From the NCBI RefSeq assembly GCF_009914755.1, contig NC_060934.1: a DNA stretch of 64,000 nucleotides; one strand, given 5' to 3'. Positions 43,134-57,487 of this stretch are shown here, one piece after another (position 1 is the stretch's first letter; the number at the start of each line of letters is the position of its first letter). The stretch comes from the human T2T-CHM13v2.0 reference genome, Homo sapiens. The notes beneath the pieces were generated by a model that had not been told where the DNA came from, made no database searches, and saw nothing but the letters and a program-made list of their open reading frames with translations. The translations under genes and the position numbers were made by a program.

Positions 43134-43419
43134 ATTTATTTATTTATTTGAGACAGAGTCTGGCTCAGTTACCCAGGCTTGAGTATGATGGTGCAGTCTC
43201 ACAACCTCCACCTCATGGGCTCGGACCATCCTCCCACTTCAGCACCAGAGTAGTAGCTGGGACTACAGGTGCATGCCACCACATCCGGCTTTTTTTTTTT
43301 TTGTATTATTGGTTTCACCATTTTGCCCAGGCTGGTCTCGAACTTCTGAGCTCAAGCAAAAGGCCCACCTCAGCCTCCCAAAGTGCTGGGATTACAGGCA
43401 TGAGTGACTGCACCTGGCC
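43134..43419 (-). mobile_element. AluJ with internal deletions
   Basis: ttgcccaggctggtctcgaacttctgagctcaagc; (TTTA)n tail. Confidence 0.85.
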
Positions 43420-43468
43420 TATAAAATGTAATCTCATTGCAAAACTCAATGATGCCATGCTTCTATAA

Positions 43469-43793
<325 letters not shown>

Positions 43794-46700
43794 TTATTAC
43801 ATTTTTTAACACAGGTTTTCTCTAGTAGAAGAGAGCCATGATATTTAGGATTATGGATATGTGTGAAAGCTAGACATTTAAAAAGCACACAATGACTTGA
43901 AATATGGAATTGGGTATCAAATAATCTGGATTTACGGAAAACTAGTCACAAAATTCATGGAGATAAACAAGATGGAATGCCAAACAAGAAAAGACCATGT
44001 AATTGCATTTGTTAAATGTCTCTAATGTGTTCCACATCCACTTCCCAATCTCTCTCTCACACACACACAACCCAACAAAACTGCTTTCCTTGTAAATAAA
44101 ATTTGAGGGTTGAAAACCAACATGTATACTTTTTGCATTACACATGTACTTTAATTATCATTTTAAATTCCTATATTAAGTTAAAAATACATATTTAGAT
44201 TAATTTTATTGGTTTAATTCTTTTTCTTCAACAGTCAATTGACAGACGTCTTTGAGTACTTTTATTCTGAAGATAATATGAATCCTTGTATATATGAGAA
44301 TGATGTTTCATTCTTAAATAAAAATTTGATTGAATTTTAGGTTCTCTATTTACAAACTTTTTCTTTCAATGCACTGCAAGTTCTACCTAATCTTTGCTTT
44401 CTTTATGCTTTCTTCTTTAACCATCTGGTAGAAATTTGCTTTTATCCTAGAAATAAATATAGTTTACCAGGGATTTTCCAAGTATTTGTCTGTGCTTTAA
44501 CTGTGATTCATAATTAACACTTTTGATCTGCAAACACAGGTTCTTTATATAACCCTTGAGTGTTTTTGTCTTTGTTTTTGTTTTTCCTTACAGTATCTTT
44601 GTTATTGTACTTGCTTACTTCTCCTGGTTTATTAATAAACACAAACTAATTACATTTTTATCTGGCTCTCTGATCTTCGTTGCTTTATTCTCCTAGTCAG
44701 TTCGTCTGTAGTCTGGAAGATTTTTCAAACATGTAAGAGCATACTATAAAATCGTAGAGAGTGCTTTTTTTAACCAGGCTGATGCAGACAAAGTCTTGCC
44801 TCTCAAATTAGTTTCTGTGAACTCCACCTTTTGCTGGTCTATAAAATAAAGAGTAATCTTACCTTCTTTACCAAGAGGTTTGTTTATTAACTGTGGAAAT
44901 GCTTGTAAAACACCTACTACCATTGTCCTATCAAGTTCTAAAAAAATATTTGTTATTATTGTTTAGAGTCGCAGCTTTGCTTTCTGCATCTTAAATCCTA
45001 TCTTTCTGTCTTAAATCTCTTCAGTTTAATTATTTCATTTTTCTTCTGTATCAATATCTTTATTTAACTTTCAATATCATCCTATATATTCCATTCTTAA
45101 TTAAATTTTATTTCTTATCCAAACTTTTAAAAATAATTTAATAGTGTTTCTTTTAGTCAATCTTATTAAATATATGCTCCCCCCTGCCTTTTTATCTTCA
45201 GTGTAAAATGCTGCTCTAATGTTGTGGAATCTTTCAAGGGATTCAAGTGTGTTTGAAACTGTGTATTAAGCGATGATCACTACCTTGCTGACTGCAAAGT
45301 TTCCATATTTCTGTGGTGGAGAGGTAGAAATCTCTCCTTTATCCCTGTCTACATCTCTTTTCCCTCTACTGCTGCTTTCTTACACTAGTCTTGGCAAAAA
45401 TCGTACTTAGACCCCTTGTTTCTAGTGTTGATGCAACTTGTCATCCCTTTTTGCTGTCTCCACAAGTACATCAATAGGGCCATGAGTAAAACTAATGCAG
45501 ATACTAGTAGCTGCCTGACATTTCAATTCAGACCTACTCTATGTATTTCAATCCAAACCTACTTTAGGTTAAGAGATGGAAAATGACATCACAGAAGAGG
45601 TGTTAGATAAAACTATGTTTTCAAAGATTGATACTTCGAGGCAAAGCCTTCTCCTCTAACTTTTCCAGATAGAATAATATTGATTATCCTCACTATTCCC
45701 ATTAAAATATGCTTTCCTCTGCATTAGATTATTAATCAGAACTCTCACATTCTTAGTTCATCATCATATATTTTATAGCAGTCCAGTCCAGAGGAAAGCA
45801 TGCTGCCATCAGAGCCAGAACGACCAAGGTCTTCAAAACTCTTCTCCACAACTTATTCATTATGTAAATATATCTTTCTAAATATCAACGTTGTAAGTGT
45901 ATAATAGTAACATTAATTTACAACGATTCATATATCAGATTAGACCAATTAATCCTATGTCATTTTAATTATAGAACTTTTCTCAGGATTTTTTTTTTTA
46001 AAGTAACATTAGACGGCCTTGCAGTGACTGTCCCAGGGAACATTCAATAAATATTAGTTTTATAATTTCTTATTATTCTATTTATGTATAAATTTCTTTC
46101 TGATCTGTACTATAGTTATATTGAAGAGAATGTCTATTTCTTTCATGTTAGTGCCTTACTTGGTGCCTGACACATTGTAGATACTCGATTGCCACTTATT
46201 GAATCAAAGAACCAAGGTATTGATTGAATTATGGGAGTAAAATAATTACAACATGTTATAAAGCTGGGAGATAGGAAAATCCAAAAGAAGAGATACATTT
46301 TGGGGAAAACAATTACCTAGTAAATTCGACTGAGGATTGGGTTTACTAGAGAAATATCATTTTAAATTCACAATTCAGAACTGGAGAAAATTTAAAAGAG
46401 TAAGAAACAGAAAAAATGAATAAAAATAACTTTGTTTTGATATTAATTTTCATATGTTGATTGAACCTTCAATATAGGCGAGAATATTAAAGTTACCGCA
46501 TTTTCCTACAGTTTTTTTGGGTATATTCTATATGGAATGAACACAGTGGTTTTTATTGTCAGAATATTCAAATATTACTACTAATAGCACTATCTGTCAC
46601 TGATCACATTCACTAGCACACTGTAGACCCTACATGTACATCGAGAATATTGAGAAATCTGTGACAACAGTGAGTTATATATTTTATTGACTTCCTCTAG

Positions 46701-48994
46701 TTCTGTATCATCCAGCGTAGAGGACACATAATACTTTACAAAATATACCCTTGCTGTATGAAGTACCAACATTTTTAGTTTCATTTACAGAACAAATTCT
46801 GAACTTTGTCTCTGATATAAATTATGTTATACAGCAGCATTTAAAAGAGATATTAGTGATTAGTGATTTCTTTTTATAAATGCAATGTGAACTTTAGTAA
46901 TATTAAAATAATTTTGTCACCTTCCTATATTTATATTAAAATATGCATATGGTAATGCTTGCTATAAATTAAATCATATAAATAACTGTTCCTTTTACAG
47001 CTGGTTTGAAAACATTCTTTTGCTGTCTTTTAACGTAGATTTTAGATCTCAAATACTGTATTTTTAATTTAATAGAACACATGGCCATTTAATACTAGGA
47101 AGAAAAAGAGATGTTAATGTCATTTTCCAATAGTATTTAATCTAATATGTTAAAAATTTTAAACATATACAGCATTTGTGCATTAGCTTTAGGAAAAATA
47201 CACTAGCAGTAATTATATTCTTTGCAGAAACATTTCTGAAATTAACAAAATGAGGAATATAAGTAAACCATTTTTAGGCATTGAAAAGGATAAATTTATC
47301 CTAAAAGATGTTGATTTCAGACTCAAAATACCATAAACTCTATCTGTTTCTTGGTATTTAAAATTGAATAAAGAATAATAACATCCTCTTATTACCAAGA
47401 GGACCTACTGTCTCACCCCGTGGTTAGTGTATGTGACTTAAGAAGCAGTGATTAGAATTTGTAGAGATGATGCAAGTCTCACATTGACAAAAAGAAAATT
47501 TAGAAAACAGCAATGCTAAAAATAGAAATGCACACCAGGATATACTAGCAACATAAAGTTTTAATGCTTTACAGAGCTCATATAACCTGAATTTTCTGAG
47601 AATACAAGAGGAGCGAAAATAAAGTTTCATTTTTTTGATAGATAGTCTTGGTGGGATTATGTCTGCCTCACTGAACAGTATAAAACATTTGGCAGAGCAT
47701 GTATAATAACCACCAATAGCATGGTTCCCAATTCACTCTTACTCAACTCCCACAGCTAGCATCTGAATCACAAACAGAATAGAAGCTTCCCAGAACTCAA
47801 CCACTGGCAACATTTAAATCCCTCAGCATACTGAAGGACCTTGGGAGATTAGGGTCTTTTTGTGGAAGGGCAAACTGAAACACTTGGTTTTAATGTTTGA
47901 AATTATCATGGCCTAAATTTGTTTTCACACTTCTGTTTTGTCCTTGTAGTAGAGGTGACTACTTTAACCACAGCAGGGTACTGTTGGTAACTCTGGATGC
48001 TGATGCCTGTAAGGCACTGATAGATGCTTCATAAATCTTTTTCAAATGACATTCTTGATATTTGCCCACCGGGTCTCTGGAAGCATCTGCTAAACTTCTC
48101 AATTTGTCTTCAGAATTTCAACGTAATTTTTTTTTCTTTCTCCTTTCTGCATTGGCAACAATTTATGTCTTCCACATAGGATGTACTTCTTTCACACTAT
48201 GTGGATATTTTTAAAAGTGTAGGTACCATCACACTCGCATCAGAAGCATCTGTTAAAGTAATCACACTGGTGGGGGTGACCCCAGAAAGCACATATTCTC
48301 ATAACACCTTACAAGAGCTGTAGGTAATTTGTATTTTGGACAAACATGTCAGACTTTTTTTATGTACAAAAAAGATGTATACAAACTATAACCTTTTAAC
48401 CCTTTCTGATAAGCCTTCCTATATCCTGACATCGATTTCCTTCTTTTACTTGTTTCTCTCTCAGTACTCTTCAAAAAGAGAGGTGGTGACCAGTGTTGGA
48501 AGAGATGAAGCAGATGCACATCACTTCCTTTGGGAACTTGCTGAAATAATTCTTTGCATTGCATTTTCATTTACATTATGCTGACCAGTTCTCTTCACTT
48601 AGAACTTTCTTAGTTGTTCTTTTGATTCTTACTGTTGAAAACCAAGATTATGCTCTTGTGATGAAGTGTTTTCAAATATCAAAATCTGAATAATTGGGCA
48701 GCCCACTTTCAGAATCTTATCATGAAGTTTATGCTGCAAAATGTCAGTTTAAATTGAAATATTCAAACTAGTAGCAAGGTACCAATGATAAGACATCCAC
48801 AGACCCAAAAGTTAACTGAATTCATATGCTATTTTTTGCTGAACTTATCTAACTGGTAGCCATACACAGCAATAAATAGGCTGGCAATTATGCATGGGGG
48901 AAAATGGAGTTTCAAGTGTGTAGTATCATGGCTATAAGAATAATATTAATGATAGCCTGAAAGCCCACTCAGATATCTCACAGAGCCTATACTC

Positions 48995-49461
48995 TGTAAC
49001 TTAGCTATCATATATAATCTGTCCTGGGGATTTACAACCCTGGCCCAAGAATTACCAGGCATCTATGAAAATGCGACCTAGAACACCAGTTGCCCTAGAG
49101 AAAAAGACGCCTCAGCATAGGTGCAAATTTCATAGATGTTAAAACAAAGCTAACCCTTACAAGAATAACTTAAACTCCTTATATGAAATAAACATCTGAT
49201 AATTGACCAGGACTGAATACAGATGTAAGAAAGGGGAAGACCTCCCCAAATTCCGAGAATAGTCTCCGGAAGGATACCCTCCCAGCTATTTGGTGGCCAT
49301 GCCACCAGCCTGCTCCCACTGTCTTGTAAGAGCACTGCCACAATAAACCACTTGGGAATCAGGTGATGTCTAAGACTCATCTTTGAAGCGTATCCTACTG
49401 AAGAGAAGAAGTTGCCTCTGGAGAAGATGGTCAGCTAGGTTCACCTAAGACCCTGGAGTGC
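48995..49461 (+). mobile_element. Probable solo LTR, family unassigned
   Basis: Locally GC-richer ~470-nt block with TG...CA ends and an internal aataaa near 49342. Confidence 0.45.
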
Positions 49462-50255
49462 AATGGCAGAAAAGATAAAAAAAAGCATTTAATGATGATC
49501 TGATGACTAACAAAGCAACTAATAAATAAGTTAACTTTTAAAGGTAAAGATGAATCAGATGGTCAGCTTTACTTAGAAATATTTGAGATAGGTTGTCCTA
49601 ATTAATTAACCAACAAACACTTATTGAGAGAAAGTGAGTAGATTGGAAGTAGACTAACATTTATTGATACTCTACTTGCATCTGGTTCTGTAGGTTTAAT
49701 TTTCACAATTCTACTGTCATAGAACCTATCAAAAGCTTCAAGTAATAAGTAATATAGATTGAATCAGAATCTGACTTTGAATACTCTGTTTTTTGGATCA
49801 ATTTGACTTTCCACCATTATATGTGTAAGGCTACTGTTTCCTCACATTACCTACCTGTCCTGGCTGATTGTACCTCCTACTATTGTGTTTCCCATTCCTT
49901 AGTATCTCTGGTTTATTTTTCTTATTAAAATAAGCCAAAACTTTCCTTTTCCAGGTTTTTCATTGGTTATTTCTTTAGCCTTCCATTTATATCTCACATT
50001 TCAACTCAAATTCTCCTTCCTTAGAGAAGCTTCACTGACCACTCTAGTTACCAAAGAATGCTGTCTTCTTAATAGTATGTATCAGTGCCTGAAATTTTTT
50101 GTTGAAATTTTAATTTCCTGTCTTCTTACACTGAAATGTAAGCTCCCTGAAGCGGTAAAATAACAATGTCTATATCCCTAGTACATAAAACATTGTCCTG
50201 CACTAAAAGTCTTTCTTGTTCATGCCTTCATTCACTTTCTCATTCTCTCTCTCTC

Positions 50256-50262
50256 GATAGAT

Positions 50263-50300
<38 letters not shown>
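50256..50300. repeat. (GATA)n tetranucleotide STR
   Basis: Read directly. Confidence 0.95.
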
Positions 50301-53300
50301 CTGAGATAGAGATATAGTGTGTATGTATCTATAACTGATGGACTGATTTTTTTAGGTAATATTCGTTGTCAAGGAGTTGAAAATATAATTGTAAAGAAAG
50401 TTTAATTAATATATGATACAACTAACAATTAAAACAATGTATAGTATGTGGAACTCACCTACTGAATTACTGAGAGGACAGAGGGTTGCGTTATGAGGGA
50501 ATCTGAGGAATACAGATATCACTTCACATTTCGTCAGAATTTCACAGTTTAACATATATTTTATTTCATTTGTGCCTCATAGGAGCCGTGTGAAATAAAG
50601 AGAATTGTCTTCTTTTTTTTTTTTTTTTTTTTGTCAAAGAAGTCAAATGACATCTCAATCCACAAATCCAGTGGTAAGGCAAGGTTCCCTAAAGAAGATA
50701 AACTTGCTAAAAATACTACCCTCCTTTGTTTATTTTTCAGAAATTTAAATTGCTACTCTTCATTGAGAAAATTAGAGCAAATGATGAGATTTTTTAAATC
50801 TGCTACTGTGAGTACGTGTATGATATTTGATGAAGTTAGCTTGCTGAAGGCATCATAGATCAAATCCCTAAAACAAGAAACATTTTGTGGCCTTACATGT
50901 GTAGGATTGGAGGGTGTATGCATACACTTTCAGTATATTCTAGAAATCAGTGAGCTACAGTGTGATGTCATACAGATATATTTGGCCACTGACCAAAAAT
51001 AAAAGCATGCTATAGAAGCATTCGTCTTGAAACAATATACTTGCCAAACTGTCTTTACATTGGAATAAGCCAATATTTTTATATTTTATATGTGCAGGAA
51101 ATCAATAAAAAATTGCTAAGGAACAGAGTCTCTATTCACAGTCCTCTGCATGGGGCACGGCCCAGTACACATTAAGTTGACCTACTGCATGATGTCCAGT
51201 CAGTATTAAAAGGGCTTAACGATTAAAAAAAAATCAGATGTTTAACATGTAAAAGATAATTAATTGGTACATTCAAAGTCTCTCATTCTTTTTTGGGATC
51301 ATCCTCTGTGCTTGATTTTTACCCAATATTTCAGAGCCATTTCTGCCAGTGATGAAAAACTGGAGATGAGGTTGCTTAGACACAGCAAATCCTGTATAGC
51401 CAAAGGGAAGCTGAAGGTCAAAGAGTGAATTAGATTGATGTCTTGTTCTTGTTGAAAACAGAATTTATTTGTTTTGCTGACAGAGAAGGAAAATATAAAC
51501 AGTCAAGAACGGGAAGACATATTATTTTGCTATAAAATGAATTCAAGAGGAAATAACAGATATAAGGAAAAACACAGTGAATATTATTATAGGAATAATT
51601 CATTAGAATAGAGAGACAATGAACTTAAACACTTGCTAATTCTCCTGCTGAAATGGATCAAGTGATTGCTTCGACTGGAGAAAAATCCTAAACTAACCTA
51701 AATATAAATGAGTGCTAGAGGACAGGCAGAATCACATCATGACACAGACTTAAAGGCAGAGCCAGAAGTACAATAAAGTTAAGACCTGAGCTCTCCATAT
51801 AAAACAAACCTTGTGTAACAAGTGAACCACCCAGGTATGTCTTTAAATTTATTTTTGAAACATTAGTTTCTGTCCTTAATTATTTTCTAATAAAAATAAA
51901 ATCATTTGATAAAAGAAATACAATAATAATATCCAACGCGAATAAAGTCTGAAGACTCAAAGGGAAAATATTTTTTTCAATAACTGTAATCATCGTATTT
52001 CTCCAAAAATCTCATTTGCAAATAATATTGTGAAAAAAACAATTTTCGTGATATAACTCACAAGGCAGAAGTCTGATATAAAACATAAAATGTCCTTTTG
52101 TTTTTCGTTTTGCATTTATTTCTTATTTCATCCTGATAAAAATGAATGCATGCAGTTTTCAATATGAGCAAATAAGATTTTTTCCATATATCCTTTAAAA
52201 CTGTCTTATTCACTTCGAATCTTATAAAATATATTCATTTAAATTATATTTATAGAAAATCTTCTTGAGAAATTATGAAACTTCTAAATTTGAGGAGATA
52301 GTGATCTAAATTACTTTAAAGGTAATCTTGATCATAATAGAATGCTGCAGAAGGGCTCAAAGTTTCACTTTTAGAAAGTAATAAATTGCATGGCATTTAA
52401 CAGGCCTACTCTAAATAAGCCACAGCCTTGAAAAGAAAATTGCTTTAGACACTGGTCCTCTTGCCAGTGTACTGATTTCTATTATTAGCCAACATCTTCT
52501 ACCGGCCCCTGTCTGGGGTCACCTTAGGTCTAGCTGAAGCTGTATCCTCAGGGCCCTGAATGGATTCAGAATCAGCATGCAACATGCTTGTGGTGGCAGT
52601 ATAAAACAGTCTACGTGAGAGAATGGTCCATGAGAGCAAAATCAAGGTAAGGATAAATGAATGTAGATGGGATCACCAATCCCAAATGTGTTACAAGAAG
52701 AGAGTGAACAAAGTGACACGGAGACTAAGAGAAGATAAGAAAAGAAGTAGAAAGCAAACATAGGGTGAGTATTATGGAATAGTTCTTGAGTAAAATTCAG
52801 TAACTATAAAATTATAATTACTATGGCTCTATCTGTTAATGTAGTGGGCTATTTAATAAGCCAAAGCAGCAAAAACTAGGGCATTACTATGGATTAGTTC
52901 TCTGTGTGTTTCCTGAAACCTAGAGAAGATTGTAGGATATAAACTCAATTGTGTCCTAGAAACTCATTTTCTATGTTCCAGTCTTGTAAATTCTACAAGG
53001 TTCTAGAAATCTGTAGTCTAAGAGGCAATAAACCTAATTATGAATATAGTAAGACTTAGTCCCTTCCAGGAAAAAGATAAAGAAAATACTAGTGAAGATT
53101 ATTTCCTTACGAAATGTAAACATGGCCTTAATCTAGACTAAAATACATTTTTTCCTAAGAATTTTAGGGATTAAGATAGATTTTCTGTGGTAGTAACAGG
53201 AGCACAGCCGCTAAATTTATGCCACTAGAAGCAAGGAAGATCATAGGAAAGATATAACCTGTCAACTTTGATTCATTTTGAGAAATCAGTACTCATGTAA

Positions 53301-53507
53301 TGACGGTAATGGTATTTATCGTATGTAAAATAAAACCATAATAAGCTTTTAAAATAGTTTAAGGTACAAAAGAGTATTTTAAAAACAATGAATTTGATCT
53401 CTTAAAATTTATTATAGTTTTGTCACGAGTTTTATTAGAAGATTTTCCATGTGTTCTTTCTGGGAGAAACTATTTAAAAAGTCCATTAACTTTTTCTAAA
53501 TGTTTAA

Positions 53508-53543
53508 TTTTTTTTTTGAGAAGGAATCTCTCTCTGTCGCCCC
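53508..53543 (-). mobile_element. Minimal Alu 3'-end remnant (about 25 nt plus tail)
   Basis: ttttttttttgagaaggaatctctctctgtcgccc, flanked by aattttt. Confidence 0.65.
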
Positions 53544-53723
53544 CAATTTTTATTTAACATGAGTTACCAAATTAGGGTCACTGCATTCTTATTAATTATG
53601 CTAGTTTAAAAAAAAAATTATAGAAACTTTTTAATGCTCAGATATGCCATCATATCACTGCCAACATTTGTCTCTTTTTAATCAATATTTAAAGTAACTA
53701 TTTCCAGTTTTTCATTTTAATGA

Positions 53724-54147
<424 letters not shown>

Positions 54148-54369
54148 TGATTTTTATGCTTTTAAATGGCTTTTGGTCTCATTCTTTACAGTAATGACCA
54201 CTGTTGGTTTGATAATCAACCTTCATAATGTTCAAACAGTTTATATTTCTGCACATATTTTCTATTTAAATACTGACAAGTATTGTGGTCTTAGTCTCTT
54301 AGAGATAAAATAATCATAAAATATTTGTTAGGATAAAAAACTGTTAGGATAAAGACATAAAAATGAAGT

Positions 54370-54830
54370 TTTAGAAGGAAATGTAGATAACTGTTTGAAA
54401 ATGTAAAATCAGTGAGACCTTATTTATTGTAGGATAATAAATAGCTATTAAAAATATACAGATTTAACACTACATGAAAATTTAAACATTTTTATAAAAA
54501 AGCTATCATTAATATGATCAATGGATAAATGACAGATTTTGGAAAAATAGCATTTACCAGAATGATTTGTAATACCTATAATAATACTAATGAAAATTAA
54601 TAATAATAATACTTCAAATAGATAAGAAAAAGCATATTGCTAATTGAAAAAGACAAAGTTGTTAATAGGCAAATTACAGATGAGAAATACAAATGACCTG
54701 TAAGCATTTGGAAAAAAAAATGTTTAGGTTCATTAGACTTTTTGGGTGTAGTGGATGCAAGTATTAAAAATAATGTATTAGATTTGTACCTGATAACCTG
54801 TAGGAATTTCCTACAAGTGGTTTTTAAAGT
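54370..54830 (+). mobile_element. L1ME ORF2 3' fragment
   Basis: aataggcaaattacagatgagaaatacaaatgacctgtaagcatttggaaaa; diverged. Confidence 0.55.
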
Positions 54831-55776
54831 AAAGCAAGATACATTAAAATGTGTATACAAGTATTCTATTCTTAATGAACACATATATGCATATTACATC
54901 TATTTTTTATAATATAAATATTAAGAATTGAATGTCAGAGTACATATCAGTGTTGGAGGAAGAGAATAAGGAGGAAGCACAGAAAGTAAAAAGGAAAAAT
55001 AGGCACCAAAAAAGATTTGGAGAACGGCAGATGGCCAAGGAGATGCAGCTGGGAAGTGCCTCTTCCATGGAGAGGAACCCAAATATCCAGTAAACCGTCA
55101 CATTTTAAACAGATCTTTTGAGAGAAAACACTGAAAGTTGATACAGAGGTGACACAGACACCATGGTTGAAGAGGGAAGAAATGGGGCAGTCTGCTCAGA
55201 GTCACTAGACACCAGGACTGGCCCATATACCTTGAACAAACCCAAGGAAGGGGTGAGTGAAGGAACCCTGGGACACTACATACCCACAATGTACCTCTGA
55301 GATCCTAGCTACAGGAGTTTCTACGACCCTCATAGATCTTTGGACTGGTAGGAGAGCTGCCTCGAGCACATGCAGAGGCACAGTTTGAACCCACACCGAG
55401 CCCAGAAGGCTTTGCTGTGCGGTGCAGCTGCAGCAAAATGCAACCCTAGGTGCCCATCCCACAAGTCTCCATTTCATACTGAGTGGCTAAGTTCCTGCTA
55501 TCTGCCAGGCTGGGAGTGAACCGCGCCTGGCCTGCTCACATGCCCAAGATAGGCCCCATCACCCATGCTGCGTGATTAAGGTACATCTGGTCCACATGCC
55601 CCCTTGCCTGTCAACGCCTTCCCAGACCTCATACCTGACCACTCCTGCAAGAGGGTGTCCACAGCACAACATCCACTGCCCAGCTTAAGTGTTTTGTTAA
55701 CAGCCTGGGAGAAGTTCACCACCCTGTCCCCAAATCATAGCCAGTGCTTAAAGCTTAGAGGCCAGAGAACAAATCA

Positions 55777-55818
55777 GTGAGCCCAGGCCCGTGAGCTCAG
55801 TCCCGTGAGCCCAGTCCC
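55777..55818 (+). repeat. 14-nt unit x3 (gtgagc[c/t]cag[g/t]ccc) in the L1 5'UTR
   Basis: Read directly. Confidence 0.9.
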
Positions 55819-56969
55819 AACTCCCCAAGACTCCAGTACACCACGCAGGGACATTGAGCTGAGATTTGTGACCTAATCTCAAGTGAAGGAGAAGGATCCT
55901 CCACAGTCAGAATGCAGAGAAGAATGTGGTATGGGTTCTCATGGGGGCATGGGAGCTGGACACCCCTCCCTTTGCAAGACCAGACAACGAAAGGTATGGC
56001 CTGATGGTCGTAGCTTTTTTTCCAGGGAGTATCCTGGCACAGAATGCCTGGAGCAGCTCAACAATGTGGGAGCAGATGGCTTGGGGAAAGCCTAGTTGGT
56101 TGGGCTTGCCGCCAGGGCGAGTGTCTGTGGGAGATCTGCTGGGTTAGGGGAGTGTGAGCTAGGCAGACACCATGGTTGCAAGCTGGGCTGAAAATCACGG
56201 GCTGCAAGCTCCATACTGGTGTTGCACCCATTGTGGCACTGCCCTGCCTGGAGATCCTCTGCCCTTGAAATACTACATTTTCTTTGTCTCTACACTTGAA
56301 ATACTGTATTTTCTTTGTCTCATGTTGTGTTTTGAGACAGTACAACTCATACCTAAGTTGTGTATCACAGCAACTGCGGACATACCCTAAAACCTGCTCT
56401 GACTTTGGTAAGCACAGTAGACTGGTGGGTCTCTGGAGAGTTGTGTCCCTAGAGATGTAATCCTCAGTGTGGACCACTCCTGAGGGAAGGGGAGTGCAGC
56501 CTGCCAAAGCACACCATGAGATAAAGAAAATGTGGCCATGGTATCAGCCACTAAAAGGGGCACCACCAAGGCCCAGAACCAGACTTGGAGAAGGAATCAT
56601 GTCTTGCCTCCATCTCCACTTCCCAGTGCACTGTTGCGGATGCAGCAGTAGCTCTTCCCATAAGGTCCTAGAAAGTGTGCACTGAAAGAAGTTGTTTCTC
56701 ATGATGCTCCAGTGAGGACAAGCATGCACCAAGACCCCACCTGCCAGCTCTTACTCTTAAATCTGTCTACCAGATTGAAGTTTGAATTATAGCATCACAT
56801 AAAAATACATTGCTAAAACAAGCAACATCTAGGAAAGCCACTGCAGGAACCTATCTCTAACCAAGGAACATATATAGAAACTTCACCCCTGCAACTACCC
56901 AGAAATGAAGCCAATGAATCACATACACCACAGTCATACTTTCAAGAAGAATAAAAAATATAAAAGCCC

Positions 56970-57487
56970 TGTGATGGTTAATATTGTCAACTTGATTGTA
57001 TTAAAGGATGCAAAATATTGTTCCTGGGTGTGTTTTGAGAGTGTTGCCAAAGGAGATTAACATTTGAGTCTGGACTAGGAGAGGCAGAACCACTCTCAAT
57101 CTGGGTGGGCACCATCTAATCAGCTGCGGGCACAGCTAGGATAAAGCAGGCAGGAGAAGACAGAAGAGCAGACTTACTGAGTCTCCTGGCTTTCATCTTT
57201 ATCCCATGCTGGATGCTTCCAGTTCTTCAGATTTTGGACTTTTGGACTTACACCAGTGGTTTGCCAGGGGCTCTCAGGCCTTCAGTCACAGACTGAAGGC
57301 TGCACATCAGCTTCCCTACTTTTGAGGCTTTGGGACTCGGACTGGCTTCCCTGCTCCTCAGCTTGCAGATGGCCTATTGTGGGACTTTAACTTGTGATTG
57401 TGTGAGTCAGTGATCCTTAATAAACTCCCCTTCAAATGTACATCTATCCTACTACTTCAGTACCTATAGAGAACTCTGACTAATACA
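56970..57487 (+). mobile_element. MLT2A (HERVL) solo LTR inserted in the L1 5' region, TSD a[g/a]ccc
   Basis: tgtgatggttaatattgtcaacttgattg...gttgccaaaggagattaacatttgagtc...agagaactctgactaataca. Confidence 0.9.

Noticed and set aside
55020-56960. GC-richer block as a promoter or CpG island of a nested gene
   Set aside because: It is CpG-depleted and contiguous with L1 ORF1/ORF2 relics, so it is the L1PB 5'UTR.
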